A DNA stretch of 64,000 nucleotides from Octopus sinensis (GCF_006345805.1 NC_043008.1:39308001-39372000), one strand, 5' to 3'. Numbered from the stretch's first letter, positions 1 through 13,403 are shown. The notes: a model not told the origin generated them from the letters alone. Translations and numbers: made by a program.

Positions 1-739
1 TAAAAGTGTTTAGTTACATGGAAATTATTTTAAAAAACTGCCGTTCAAACCGAAATGATCCCAATTCTGTAGTTCTGTTGTAGATAAACGCTGGAAATAT
101 AGAAAGTTTACTTAAATCTAGAGCAAGAGTAACATTCGCCATGGTTGCATTGATAGTAAATACACCAGGTTGCTTATAACGGCACAAAAGTTTCATCGCG
201 TGAGCAAAAAACTGAAGAGTCGATTTGAATGTGTTGACATATCACCGCTATTACTATCCAGCAAAGATGATGAGCAACAGGTTGTATCAGATGTGATATT
301 TTAAACATTTGCTCATCTTACTAGCGGACGAGGATCATTTATCCTCATTGAAGTTATTCGCAGAGACACTTAACACGAACCTGCAGCTCTCCCTAAATTA
401 ATGGGGAACGGAAATTCCAGACGGAAAATTGTGGAACGCAACTTGGTTGCAGCCGTTATGAGACGATGAATACTCCAGGTACATTTCCCTCTGTTTAAAA
501 ATGTTCTGCCTATTGATAACTAAAATGTTTATTAAATGTGGATTTCGATAAAAATGTTGTTTGAGGATAATCAAGTAGTTATTTTCAAATGTGGTCTCTA
601 AAGTCAAACACTACAGACCATAAACGACAGAAAGCAATGCTACTGGTGGCATATGAATTAACAATTAGAATTCTTGTGAGATTCAGGTTAGAAAATGTGC
701 CAAAGCAATAATGAAGAAAGAAAAATTAATTAAGAAATA

Positions 740-1800
740 GATGAGGGAATGAGACCAACACAAACTTACAACTACTTAGGAGTAATTAATGTCTTGTCAA
801 AATACTTTGTACACAAGATGAAAGAAACAGTAAGGAATATCATAGATGCGTTAGATTAATACGTAAAACAGACTACCTAAATTGGAAAAAGTAAAGTGAA
901 AGTCATCGATACTTTAGCTGTCTCCTCAATAATTTGAAGTTATATTCTCAACTGGATGCTAACTGAATTAGCAGCAACAAGAAAATCTATAATTGTATAT
1001 AGATGATTTCTCGCCCTCAATATGACATTGAATGCCTTTAATTACCATAAATTTAGTATAGTAGCCTACTACAACTAAAATTGTATTACAGTATACACGA
1101 AGCATGAATATGCATATATCTTCTAAAGAACAAAATAACATTAAAGTTATATATTAAAAAAGGCTTAATACACAAGCAAAACTAGGAACTGTTTCTTGTT
1201 TCAAGGAAGACAATAAAGACATAAAAATGGCTGAAATAACAGATAGTAATGAGAACAGAAAAATAAGTGAAATTAACAGAAAATACAAAAAAAAAAAGAA
1301 AGCAATTGATTGATTTAAAGTATACAATACTAGAACGTTTGCAAGAAAACATCCATCTGCTGTAGTATTATAACACGTGGAGGTAGTTAAGGTGCATCGC
1401 AACATTTGCTGTGAAACACAGAATGCCATGATGAGACAGGAGTTTCAAGTGAAAAACTGGAACAGAACTTTACCACTTGAAGCAAGAACAAAATCTAATT
1501 ACGAAGAATATATTATCTGCAACATACGTGTAGAAGTTTGGAAGAAGGGATCTACCATATTTCCTCTGGTTGCATCGTTTTGCGTAAAGAAAAGAAAACA
1601 AAAATATACAAACTTGATATAGAATGGTTATGAACCAAACAATCAAATTAACATACCCTACTGGTGGCATAACCCTACAACCGAAAACGTTTCAGAGAAG
1701 GAAAAAATAAACATATCCTGGGACATGTCAATCCTCATAGTCAAGGGGTTCAAACTCGATCTAGTATCGATATTAAGGGCAACTAGTATATGAAATGCCC
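740..1800 (+). mobile_element. Decayed non-LTR retrotransposon (R4/Dong-type, RT C-terminus to start of RLE domain)
   Basis: Frameshifted motifs in the expected order: QTYNYLGVI (761-787), KMKETV/KEYHRCVRLIRK, KVKVIDTLAV, NWMLTEL..TRK, ISWDMSI (about 1713-1733). These match R4-clade YKYLG..KEY.RRVR.IL..AINT.AV..W...EL..TRK and ILWD.PI. Confidence 0.75.
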
Positions 1801-2992
1801 TCTCTGTAAAATATCGCTCCCATTCGTCAAGGAATGGAATTTTTTTGTAAAGAGAATGGTTTTTGTTTTTGGAAAATAGGGGACTAAGACCAGAAACAAT
1901 ATTTATGAGAATAGGTATCTTGAGAAGGATTGGAAAAAACATTGCGCGAAAATATTAATTATCCCGATGGCTAACAAATAAAGGCTATTTAAAGACAAAA
2001 ATAACCACTATATTACATACATAATGTGCTATAAACAAAACCAAAACCAAAAAGACACATAGTATGAACCCAAGTTGCAAATCTAGTATACTGAATAAAA
2101 ACAGAAAAATATTGATAATACTTTTTGTCAATGGCAAGATGTTACGTTGCATCTGTTAGTTAGCCTCCAATAGCCATGTCTAGGGGAAAACAAGTTTACG
2201 AAATAGCATTAACATGATGTTTACTATAATAGTATACGAAAATTACACAAACACTTCAGCGGTTCAATAATTATATATCTATACATGCGATTATTTATCA
2301 CAATTACTTTATGCGTGTAATTAATGTTGGTGTCAGTCTTGAGGAGATCTGATTCACAAAATCATAAATGAATTGGCTAATTGCAATTAGAATCCATTAG
2401 TGGATAACATAAGTTTCGGAGAGAAAAATAAAACCCAGCTTCGTGTTAAAGAGATTATCTGAAATCTTATATTTTTGATAAAAATCTCATTAAATCGGAT
2501 GCCAAAATACAAATCGTCTGATAATGAAACAACCATTGTATATCGTATATGATACATAGAACTAATTTTATTTAATTTAAAGAGAAAAAAACTTATTGCA
2601 GTATTAGTGAACGATTCGGTTTAAACTGAAATAGTTAAATTGAAAAAAAAATGTTCCTACATTTATATTCCCCTTGCAGCAGATAAGCAGAATGCTTCAC
2701 TTAATAGAGTTAAAGCAGATATTATATCATATCAACACATCCATACGCTATGCTGTTTACACAGATTGCTGAATTAGTTCGCAGAAAAGAATACAGACAA
2801 ATGTTTAAACGTAATTCCGATTGAGAATACAACGTGCCAAACACAAGAAACGCATATTCCGGCTTCCTCATTCAGTTAAATTTTAAACACACATATATTT
2901 GCCCATTCGATGCATATCTGTACCTTGATCCCCGCCTCTCTCTTTACTCAATCTCTCTGTCTCTGTATATATATGTGTGGTGCGTGTATATA

Positions 2993-3031
<39 letters not shown>

Positions 3032-5019
3032 ATATATGTATATTTGTGTGTGCATATATAAATATATGTAAATATATGTGTATGTATATATATATATGTG
3101 TGTGTGTGTGTGTATATATGTGTGTGTGTGTGTGTAAGTATGTAATGTATGTATGTATGTTGCATTTAATAAACACAATTCCAAAAGAGCTAATAGTTTC
3201 ATGCTATAAGATACATTATACTGGCAAATATGTATAACATCTCATGAATCTCCAAGTAATCTTTCAGGATCAGTTCATAACGATAATGTATTTGAAAACC
3301 AAGACGTTGATCTGTGTGGAAAGACGAGGAAACGTGACGAGAAAAAACGGGAAGAAAGTTTATAGTAAAAGTAGAACGTAGAGGACGAACAGAAAACAAA
3401 AACCAAGATCTTGGCCTCCTTTGACTTCAAAACTTATAATTAATGAATTTGGTATAGAATAATATGACAGGAAGGATGTCAAAATCTTTGACATAGCACC
3501 TCGTTTGTGTTGCAGTTGGTGTCCTCCACTTCGATAAAAGTAACTTGCCCATGTGTTCGCATTTGCTAAACATTTCAGAGTGAGTAAAGTTTTTATCGAT
3601 TTGCGTTGTCTCTTGCTTTTTATTATTTTATGGTTGTTGAGTCGGTTTTTTTAAACGTGGGTCTCGTTTCAGTATTGGTATGCTCTTGTATATAATCGTG
3701 TAAGCTTCTGTATTTCTTGGATTGTGTTGAGAGATATGGGAGACTATTTAGCGTACCTACATAATCGACACCCACATACACACACACACATACAAATGCA
3801 TACTTGGTACAAACACGCACACTACGTACACTCACAAACACACTTACACACACACCACCCTGATAAACGTAATACACGCAGACACACACAAAGCCCATGA
3901 CAAATACAACACACACACACACATACACACTCACACAATACATATATATGAACTCCACACACACATACGTATGTACACACATACACACACCACCCGGACA
4001 GTTAAAAAACTACTAATACACAGAGAAACACATATGCTCACGTGCACGCACACAGCACCCAGACCTACACAACACACACAAACATACGCACATATGAACA
4101 AACACATATACACAAACACATATACACACACATATACAAATCACACACATACACACACACACAAATGGGCACACATATACACACACCACCATACTAAATA
4201 TAAAACACACATACACAGACCCATACACTCACCACACTAAACTATAAAACCAGTCAAAATCCCACGCGCACATACACAACCACATACACACATAGTACCG
4301 TGTACACATACACACACACACTCACACCATTTTGAAGTCTAAGATCAGTCCAATAACCACCGAACTATGATAGACTAGCCCAGAAACAAAAAAAATCCTT
4401 TGATTCCACAATCTATTCGAAATCAGATAATGATAATAACCAACCAACCAACCAACCAACCAACCGGCCTCCCACAATCTTTCTGAAAATAGCAAACATG
4501 CATGCCAAACACATATACAAGATTGCAAATAAAGGAAAAAGTTTGAACCATTCCCCTAGAATACTGTATAAATACCTAAATATGATTTCTAATGTAATAC
4601 ACGCTTTGTCCTATAAAGTACTGTCTACAAATTATTTCTGTATATATGCTTATATACAATGATGATGTTTGATGAACTTATAATAATTATGAATTTATTT
4701 TACTATCAATTTTGAACACATTTATATAAACTTCTTAAGCATTTTCATATCGTCAACGATTCTATTTCTTAATATTGATAGAGTCATTGCCAATGACTCT
4801 ATCAATGTATTTTCATACATCTATGGTAACTAGTTTTTTAACACCACAAAGGCTACAGCAAGCCTTACATTTCACTTCTGAAAATCTTTTCTTAAAAAAA
4901 TGAAACCAGTCAAGTCAATAAACATCTTTAAAAGATCTCTGCAGTTTCAAATCCTCTTCCCTATATGTTTTCACTCGTTCTGCGGTACCTTCCAATCTCA
5001 TGTTTTGTATATATATTCA

Positions 5020-5245
5020 GGGGTGTGTCTTTGTGCCTATGTTTGTTTTCCTGCCCCTTCTGTTGCATGACAATCGATGTTGGTGTGTTTATGTCCCACT
5101 GACGTAGTGTTTCGGCAAAAGAGACTGATAAAATACTTATTAGGCTTACAAAGAATACGTCTTGGGAGCAATTTCTTCGACTAAAATGCCCTTTAAGGCT
5201 GTGCTCAAGCATAGTCACAAGCAAATGATTGAAAAAAGTAAAATA
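5020..5245 (+). mobile_element. SINE family A, old 3' half
   Basis: Diverged match to the 3' part of the copy at 5466-5872 (ttcggcaaaagagac...gattgaaaaaagtaaaa). Confidence 0.7.
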
Positions 5246-5465
5246 ATATATATATATATATTAGGGAGTATAGCTACAAACTTACAATGAAAAATTCAAT
5301 TTAGTATTAAATCAAATTTCGCAATATAAATGTATAAAATACTAATTAGAGATAAAACCACTGTTATGCAACTCAAACAGTGGTAGACATAAACCAAATC
5401 ATAAGTAACAAAAAAAAATATTTTTATAAAATAAATAACTTTATAATATAAAATAAATAACTTTA

Positions 5466-5872
5466 GGCGCAGGAGTGGCTGTGTGGTAAGTAGCTTGCTA
5501 ACCAACCACATGGTTCTGGGTTCAGTCCCACTGCTTGGAATCTTGGGCAAGTGTCTTCTGCTATAGCCCCGGGCCGACCAATGCCTTGTGAGTGAATTTG
5601 GTAGATAGAAACTGAAAGAAGCCTGTCGTATATATGTATATATATATGTATGCGTGTGTGTGTTTGTGTGTCTGTGTTTGTCCCTCTAGCATTGCTTGAC
5701 AACCGATGCTGGTGTGTTTACGTCACCGTCACTTAGCGGTTCGGCAAAAGAGACCGATAGAATAAGTACTGGGCTTTCAAAGAATAAGTCCTGGGGTTCA
5801 TTTGCTCGACTAAAGGCGGTGCTCCAGCATGGCCACAGTCAAATGACTGAAACAAGTAAAAGAGTAAAAGAG
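5466..5872 (+). mobile_element. SINE family A, full length (tRNA-like head, CORE-like segment, internal microsatellite; probably one of the octopus OR/OK SINEs)
   Basis: A-box-like tggctgtgtgg, B-box-like gggttcagtccc, CORE-like ttgggcaagtgtctt, internal (TA)/(TG) tract and (gtaaaaga)n tail. About 12 related copies occur in the window. Confidence 0.9.
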
Positions 5873-6616
5873 ATCTTAAAAAGTATAAAAATGAATAATC
5901 AATATATAACAGGTAAAAACACTACGCACATTTCACGGCTACAATTAAATTCGAATTACAATTAAATTTTAATTTAATGGAAATAAATTCAATCTAAAAT
6001 TATAGTCAATCTTCAGGTTAACAACAATAGTTAGATAAATAGGCAAATAGATTTAAACAATATTTATTTAAAAAATAAATAAAATAATAAAAACTCCATT
6101 AACTAAATTTGAAACTTAAAACATTAGGATTATTTTCTACAACACATTTATTATGTTAAATATTAAATATTTAAGGTAAAAAAAAGGGTAAATAGATAGA
6201 AATATGTATTTATCTGTGAAGATATAATTTAGCTTAAAAAAACATTGATAAACTATAGAATATCTTTAACTCAGTTATATTTGAATATTTAATTACCAAA
6301 TTATTTAACAAAATAATCACCATTAATATTTTTAGATTTTAGTTCGCATATAATAATTATAAAAAAGTTTTTGATAATAGTAATAATAAGTATTTTATAA
6401 AGATAGGTTATACGTTTTTAATTTGAATTTTTCAATTCTTAAATTTTATTTCATAAATATTTTCTATAGATATCTATAATATTTATGTAAATAAAAGTGG
6501 ACTAATTTATTTTTGGTTATATGTTTATACGTTATTGATAAATAAAATTTAGATTTTTAATTACTATATTTGTTGATTATAATTTAGATACTTATTTTCA
6601 TCTATTTATTATGTCT

Positions 6617-6691
6617 ATGTGTAGACATATGTATGGTAAACCACTCCCAGTCGGTGACTGGGAGTGGTCTATCATACACATGTCTACACAT
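6617..6691. other. 75-nt hairpin (36-bp arms, 3 mismatches, 3-nt loop)
   Basis: atgtgtagacatatgtatggtaaaccactcccagtc-ggt-gactgggagtggtctatcatacacatgtctacacat. Confidence 0.9.
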
Positions 6692-7477
6692 TAATGACTG
6701 CCCGTTGACTCCCATAAGTTCCTGAACCCCTTTTCGGTTTCGTTTTTAGTCCGGCGGGGTGTCCAAAATTACCCACCGAAATAAGCAAAGGTGGTGGGAT
6801 TGCCGGTTTAGTCCTCGGTGACCCTATCATATAACATACTGGGTAACATGTTCCAGTAGCGTTAAGAAGCGGCCGAGCACGCACAGACACACGCACACTC
6901 ATACTTGGGCATTGTCATAATGATATGCTACCCTGCTAATGTGACTATCTAATCGAAAATCAAATAGAAATGGGATAACCATCGATAATTTTATTGCAAC
7001 CTTGAGGTCGTGTACCAAGATTTTATATTCTCGTGTATAACAATAATAATTGGTGCATTTGATTTCGTGAGTACATGCCTCAATAACAATTAGGAGTAGC
7101 TGGGGGCTTCAGAAAAAGAAATCAACCAGCGAACACGAACATTATTAATTCAATGTCTAAGGGGAACAGTGGAATTATGCAAGAGTTTTCTCAGGTTCAA
7201 AATGTGAATTTGCTTTTGTTATTTACATTCTAATGAGGGATCTCTGAATCTCTGTTAGAAACCAGCTCCTTCCTTATAGGAAAGTGTTAAATAATTACAA
7301 ATAGAACAGAACACACACCTTCCAAATTAAAGACCATTGATTCTGGATTGGAGGCAAGCATTTTATTGTTGTGAAATTTTAGGTATTAAAACAGGAAAAT
7401 ATACATACATGCATATGTACATGAAATTTCTACGGGCACATTCAAAGATATATTTCCTGATTACTTAAACACATATA

Positions 7478-7921
<444 letters not shown>

Positions 7922-8312
7922 ATGGGGATGTTTTGTAGAAGAATAAATCATGTGCAGAAATTTTATCTACCACCATCACAAACAAATCACAAGAATAGTA
8001 GATTTTAAGATTGCATTATTTGCTGTAAACCTTAGCATGTCTCTAAAGGCTTGTCACACTTTCAGCCTGAGGTAATCGTTAATGCTTTGAAGATTTCCTA
8101 TTGCGTACATTCATAGCTCAGAGTAGAAATAAACGTTTGCTTTCGAAAATATCTGAAGTGCATTTAACCTACTAGAAGTTCAATGGTTTAATTTAAGCAT
8201 AACCCAATTCTGTATCTGAGAAGATGTAAATGAGTTGGTTGTGAAGTAGTATTGTCACTTCTAAAACAGGTGTCTTTTATGGGAGGAAACAAATCATTAC
8301 ATACATGTATAC

Positions 8313-8356
<44 letters not shown>

Positions 8357-8359
<3 letters not shown>

Positions 8360-8556
8360 TAATCCAAACAAGAAAACACAACAACGCGAGGACGTGGAAC
8401 AAATATAGTATTATTGGAGGCTCAGGAAGGAAGGGAAGAAGGAGGGTTTTACGTTTCGAGCGGAGCTCTTCTCAGAAACATAGGAAAAGGAAAGATCCAG
8501 AGAAGGGAAGACGGAGGAAAAAAATCGACAACGGTACACACGCGGTCACATTTTGA
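8357..8556 (-). mobile_element. About 200-bp Penelope-like non-autonomous repeat H1, copy 1, with hammerhead core (N7 deleted)
   Basis: Homologous to 15297-15510, 22712-22926 and 47891-48092. Minus strand 8446-8479 reads gttt-CTGA(-)GA-a-gagc-tcc-gctc-GAAAC-GTA-aaac. Confidence 0.75.
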
Positions 8557-8557
8557 G

Positions 8558-8651
<94 letters not shown>

Positions 8652-8659
8652 GGGACAGT

Positions 8660-8810
8660 TTACGAAAAAAACAAAGACGAAGACAGGTGGTGTACAAAAC
8701 AAACAGCATAGAAAAATTCTTTTACATTTCGAGTGTACGCTCTTTTACAGAAAGGGACACAGAAAAAACACAAGGAGAGAAAAAATGTGTATAGTGGCTA
8801 AGGATATATC

Positions 8811-8812
<2 letters not shown>
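8660..8812 (-). mobile_element. Short repeat H2 with degenerate hammerhead core
   Basis: Minus strand reads cttt-ctgtaaa-a-gagc-gtac-actc-GAAAT-GTA-aaag. Its start resembles 48125-48170. Confidence 0.5.
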
Positions 8813-8874
<62 letters not shown>

Positions 8875-8914
8875 TATATATATGTAATATACCTCACCCG
8901 CCACACACATATAT

Positions 8915-9302
8915 CTTTTATCCTTTACTTGCTGCTTGAAGTCATAAGACTGCAGCCATGCTGGAGCATCTGCATGAAAAGTTTTACTCGAACATTATGA
9001 CCACTGGGCACTTTTTAAGCATGGTACTTATTGTATCGGTCTGTTTTGCCAACCTGCAAAATTTCAACGATGTAAATAAACCGACAACGGTTGTTAAGCA
9101 GTGGGAGTAGGATACATGTACATAGATATATATATATATATAACTATATATGACAAGCTTTTTTCAGTTTACGCCTTTCAGCCCTACTCACATGAACTTG
9201 GTCAGCCAGAGACTATAGTAAAAATACTTGACCACGATGTCAGTGGGACTGAACCCAGAACTACGTACTTTAGGCGAAAACGTCTTACCACACAGCCAAA
9301 CC
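8915..9302 (-). mobile_element. SINE family A, old copy
   Basis: Diverged reverse complement of family A, including the head (agtgggactgaaccc...ttaccacacagcc). Confidence 0.75.
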
Positions 9303-9303
9303 A

Positions 9304-9340
<37 letters not shown>

Positions 9341-9349
9341 TATAATAAT

Positions 9350-9406
9350 AAAAATAATAACAACAATAACAACAACAAAAACAATAATAATAACAATAAT
9401 AATAAC

Positions 9407-9462
<56 letters not shown>

Positions 9463-9480
9463 TAATAATTTACAATAATA
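9350..9480. repeat. (AAT)n/(AAC)n microsatellite
   Basis: Directly visible. Confidence 0.95.
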
Positions 9481-9539
9481 TTAGTGGCTAGCATGTGTGA
9501 AAGAACCTTAAGAGCAAAACTATAAATCAATAATTATGC

Positions 9540-9661
9540 GTACTACTTGTAGTACCAGCGTACTACAGACAGCAGTCAAGACGACTCGAAACCGCAGTCT
9601 TCACTGTGGATTTGAGTCGTTTCGCCGGCTATTTTTAACATGCTGGTGTCACTAGTAGTAC
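9540..9661. repeat. MITE-like nested fold-back element
   Basis: Imperfect terminal inverted repeats (gtactacttgtagtaccagc / gctggtgtcactagtagtac) enclose a stem of about 20 bp (9579-9622). Confidence 0.6.
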
Positions 9662-9676
9662 CCTTCATCATTTATA

Positions 9677-9716
<40 letters not shown>

Positions 9717-9925
9717 CTCTTTTACTCTTTTACTTGTTTCAGTCATTTGACTGCGGCCATGCTGCAGCACCACCATTAGTCGAGCAAATCGACCCCGGGA
9801 CTTATTCTTTGTAAGCCCAGTACTTATTCTATCGGTCTCTTTTGCCGAACCGCTAAGTGACGGGGACGTCAACACACCAGCATCGGTTGTCAAGCAATGC
9901 TAGGGGGACAAACACAGACACACAA

Positions 9926-9958
<33 letters not shown>

Positions 9959-10142
9959 CAAAAAGCAATAAAGATTAATTTAAATGAATTTACTTGAATA
10001 TGGTACCTAACTTAGATGCACCAAAACAAACTATACGGTTTTAACAATACAGTAATATGGGGTGATTATAAGCGAGAAAAAAGCAACAAGAATGGATAGG
10101 TTTTTATTACAAAACCTATCCATTCTTGTTGCTTTTTTCTCG

Positions 10143-10184
<42 letters not shown>

Positions 10185-10349
10185 TACGACAGGCTTCTTT
10201 CAGTTTCCGTCTACCAAATCCACTCACAAGGCATTGGTCGGCCCGAGGCTATAGCGAAAGACACTTGCCCAAGATGCCACGCAGTGGGACTGAACCCGGA
10301 ACCATGTGGTTGGTTAGCAAGCTACTTACCACACAGCCACTCCTGCGCC
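9717..10349 (-). mobile_element. SINE family A, young copy interrupted by about 190 bp in its internal microsatellite
   Basis: 3' half at 9717-9930 and 5' half at about 10185-10349, both close matches to 5466-5872 and 32996-33435. Confidence 0.9.
10067..10148. other. Perfect 38-bp-arm inverted repeat, 6-nt loop
   Basis: tataagcgagaaaaaagcaacaagaatggataggtttt-tattac-aaaacctatccattcttgttgcttttttctcgcttata. Confidence 0.95.
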
Positions 10350-10624
10350 TATATATATATAAATAATGTGTGTTGTTTCAGTGTTTATCTCTACATATGT
10401 AAATCAAGGTTATAACCCGTTCGAATATGCTTGGAGCATATTTGAACTGGTTGTAACCTTATTTTTATTCACGCCACTGCTTAGTGCTGCCGCTTCGTGA
10501 CATATATTGAAATACAAATTAGATTTTAATGCGTCTACGTATGTGTGTATGTATTGACGGTATGTTTCTCAGTCTGTGTGTCTGTATGAATGCAAGTAAC
10601 TATGTATGTATGTATGTATGTATG

Positions 10625-10656
<32 letters not shown>

Positions 10657-10691
10657 CATGCGTCTATCTTTCTACTTCAGTCAATCAATCA

Positions 10692-10741
<50 letters not shown>

Positions 10742-10742
10742 G

Positions 10743-10776
<34 letters not shown>

Positions 10777-11384
10777 ACTGTATTTGCTTTCCCCTTTACA
10801 CCATACATCATGACACTGTGATACACGATCCCTATTGATCGTTTTTTTTTCCTCTCCCCCTTTTTCCTCTTTTTTCTTCTTTTTTCATTTTTCTTTTCTT
10901 TTTTCCCTTTTTTCTTTTCCTTTTTTTGTTTTTTCTTTTCCTCTTTTTTTCCACTTTTACGATCCCTTTTGGTCGAAAACCTACACCACCTTTTTTTTCC
11001 CCTTTTTTTCTCCCCCAAAAGAAAAACTCTACCTTGTAACTTGTCCCATCTGTGTGTAGTCCTGTGTGGCCAATAAAGAAACTTATTTATCTTTCGTTTG
11101 ATCTGTGTAATCCATTCTACTTCTTGTATATCTGTAATGTTTATTTTTATTCAGTTATTTTATAATTTCATTTCTTTTTCCACAGTTATATTTTCAATTA
11201 TATCTATGTATATTTTTGCGTAAATACACAATAAATTTCTTACGAACTTTACGTTAAATACCTCATACTATATATAATTTATTACAAAAAATCTGTTAAT
11301 ATTATACTATTCGGTCAGTTATTGTAATATTGGTTTCAAATTTTGGCAGAAAGCCAGCAAATCCGCGGGGTAGAAATTGGAAAA

Positions 11385-11540
11385 AGGATACATCGATCCC
11401 TGTACTCAACGAGTAGTTATTTTATTGACCCCGAAAGAATGAAAGGCGAAATCGACTTCGAAGCATTTGAGCTCATACCATAAAGACGACGAAAAACTGC
11501 TAAGAACTTTTCCCCTCGTGTTAACGATTCTGCCACCTTT
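11385..11540 (-). mobile_element. SINE family B, old copy
   Basis: gaccccgaaagaatgaaaggcgaaatcgacttcg...ttaacgattctgcca matches family B. Confidence 0.7.
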
Positions 11541-12342
11541 TCAGTTACTGTAACATTATCTTTAATAGTAGTGGCATTCTTCTACTGTGGTACACAATCA
11601 TATTGCTCTATCATTGCCATTTATTCAATATCTCTTCAACTGTATTTTATTTCTTATCCTATTTTTTTTTCATTTCGTGTTATCTCTCAGCCTATTCATA
11701 CCTTTGTAATTGTCTGTTGGAATCTGGCTCTGATGATCGTTGGTTCTCACGTTTTAGTTCACATCACCCTTCTTCCTTCCAACTTTTCGTTTTCGTTTAA
11801 TCCACCTTCTTCTCCTCCTTCATACTCCTTCCCTTTTCTCCCACTTCTTCATCATACGTTTACTTATACTTTTTTTGTTCTCTTCCCAACCCTTCTTCTT
11901 TCTATTCTCCACCTTCTTCTTCATCTTCTTCTTTGCTTCCTGCCGACGTAATGGAAACACAGAGCCTAGCAGACGCACAATATCGGAGCGCACCCGTGAT
12001 GCATGTCTGAAGAAGCGTGGCTCTAATTTTTAACATCGCAGTTATTACGTAAGTTTTCACCTGGAAATTTTAGGCAAACTGGAGTCGAATACAAAGCTAG
12101 TGCATAAACAATTAGACCTCCATTGATGCTTGGGAACTGGTCTGCCATTACATTAAGTATATATATAGCGACCAATTCAGCTTTTAGTGCTGAATCAGAA
12201 CTTCCCATTGGGACGGTGTATCTTTTTGGTTTGTAGTCACTATTGAAAAGACATACGTAAACATTTATTTACACGACACTATGTAAATAAGATTTTAAAT
12301 ATTATGAAACCTCGCTGTGGATTTAACAAGAATAGGTTAATG

Positions 12343-12910
12343 TATTGTGATGTCCGGAAAGTTCGTGCCGATTTATAGTAGCTTACATTTCGACTTATTT
12401 TAGAACATGGTTGAGTCCATAAAACAGGAATTCACTACACCTCCATTTAGAGCACAGTTTAAGCTATCTTTACGTGGAAGAAGGTTTATGTTCCTATAAC
12501 CTGTGTTAATTCTGTAACCCTTAAAAATGGAAGATAAGAAAGCTCATTTTCGGCACTTGATGCTCTGTGAACCAGACAAAAATTGCTGCAGCTCGGCTGG
12601 GATGTGTTATCCCACCCTCCATATTCACTAGATATTGCTCCTTCGGATTTCCACTTATTCAGGTCTCTGCAGATTAGTCTTAGTTGTAAAAATTTCAATT
12701 CCTTGGATGACGTAAATATATACCTCGATGAATTCTATGCCATGAAACCACCTCAATTCTGGTAAGATGGTATTTTCAAGTTAAAGGAAACATGGAGATG
12801 CAATGTGCAACAAACTGGTTCATATTCGGTTTATTAAAATGTAATGACAAGAATTTATTGACCTTTTCATTCCTTTAAAAATCGGCACGAACTTTCCGGA
12901 AAACCCAATA
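12343..12910 (+). mobile_element. Internally deleted mariner (mini-mariner) with TIRs and TA TSD
   Basis: TIRs ttgtgatgtccggaaagttcgtgccgattt / aaatcggcacgaactttccggaaaacccaa, flanked by TA. N-terminal MEDKKAHFRHLML is fused out of frame to LQLGWDVLSHPPYSLDIAPSDFHLFRSLQ (mariner YSPDLAPSD motif). Confidence 0.95.
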
Positions 12911-13403
12911 GTAATATGGTTCTTTACTCCTTAATAAGCACATGATTTATGCTATAAATTAGCGAAAGAAGGTAAGTGTGTCTTCTCGGAGAAGCGGAGA
13001 CCAAACTATGAAGCAGTCCGTGTGGAGATTCCCTCCCATTATGAATTGTATAAAACGAATGTCATTTTACTTTTTTCTGCTTTAATATAGAGTGAAGCGT
13101 TATAGAAATAAAATACAAATATACATAGCACGTAATTATGTACAAAATCTATAAAGCAAGACTTGAATAATCAAAAGAAAGAATGCAGGTAAGTACCAGG
13201 GGAATCTTGCTGCATAAAATTTTAATATCGTTGTCAATACAGTTAGCACAATGAAATGTAGCAATAAACATTATCTTAATGGTTAAATCTCATCACAAAA
13301 CTGGAGGGGAAACAATATATAATGATTTAAATATCGAATATAGTCTGGGACTTTGACTTTTAGTCGCTTTCAGATAAGCAGCCGAACGATGGCTTCATAT
13401 CTC

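Noticed and set aside
14-240. Minus-strand ORF with N-glycosylation-like motifs (NAT, NVT, NRT)
   Set aside because: Short, bounded by stops, no recognisable domain, and no partner exon.
5466-5545. tRNA-like sequences at the SINE heads (families A, B, C)
   Set aside because: A/B boxes are present, but there is no complete cloverleaf and each continues into a SINE body. They are not tRNA genes.
5950-6600. Weak resemblance of tctgtgaagat... (about 6212) to large-subunit rRNA, suggesting a NUMT
   Set aside because: Universal motifs (GACGAGAAGACCC, GGGATAACAGCG, CGACCTCGATGTTGG) are absent on both strands as far as I can read.
12939-12971. 33-nt candidate exon encoding HDLCYKLAKE (PLA2-like HDxCY) with a GTAAGT donor
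   Set aside because: Weak AAG acceptor, several GGTAAGT matches are expected by chance, and no compatible neighbouring exons were found.
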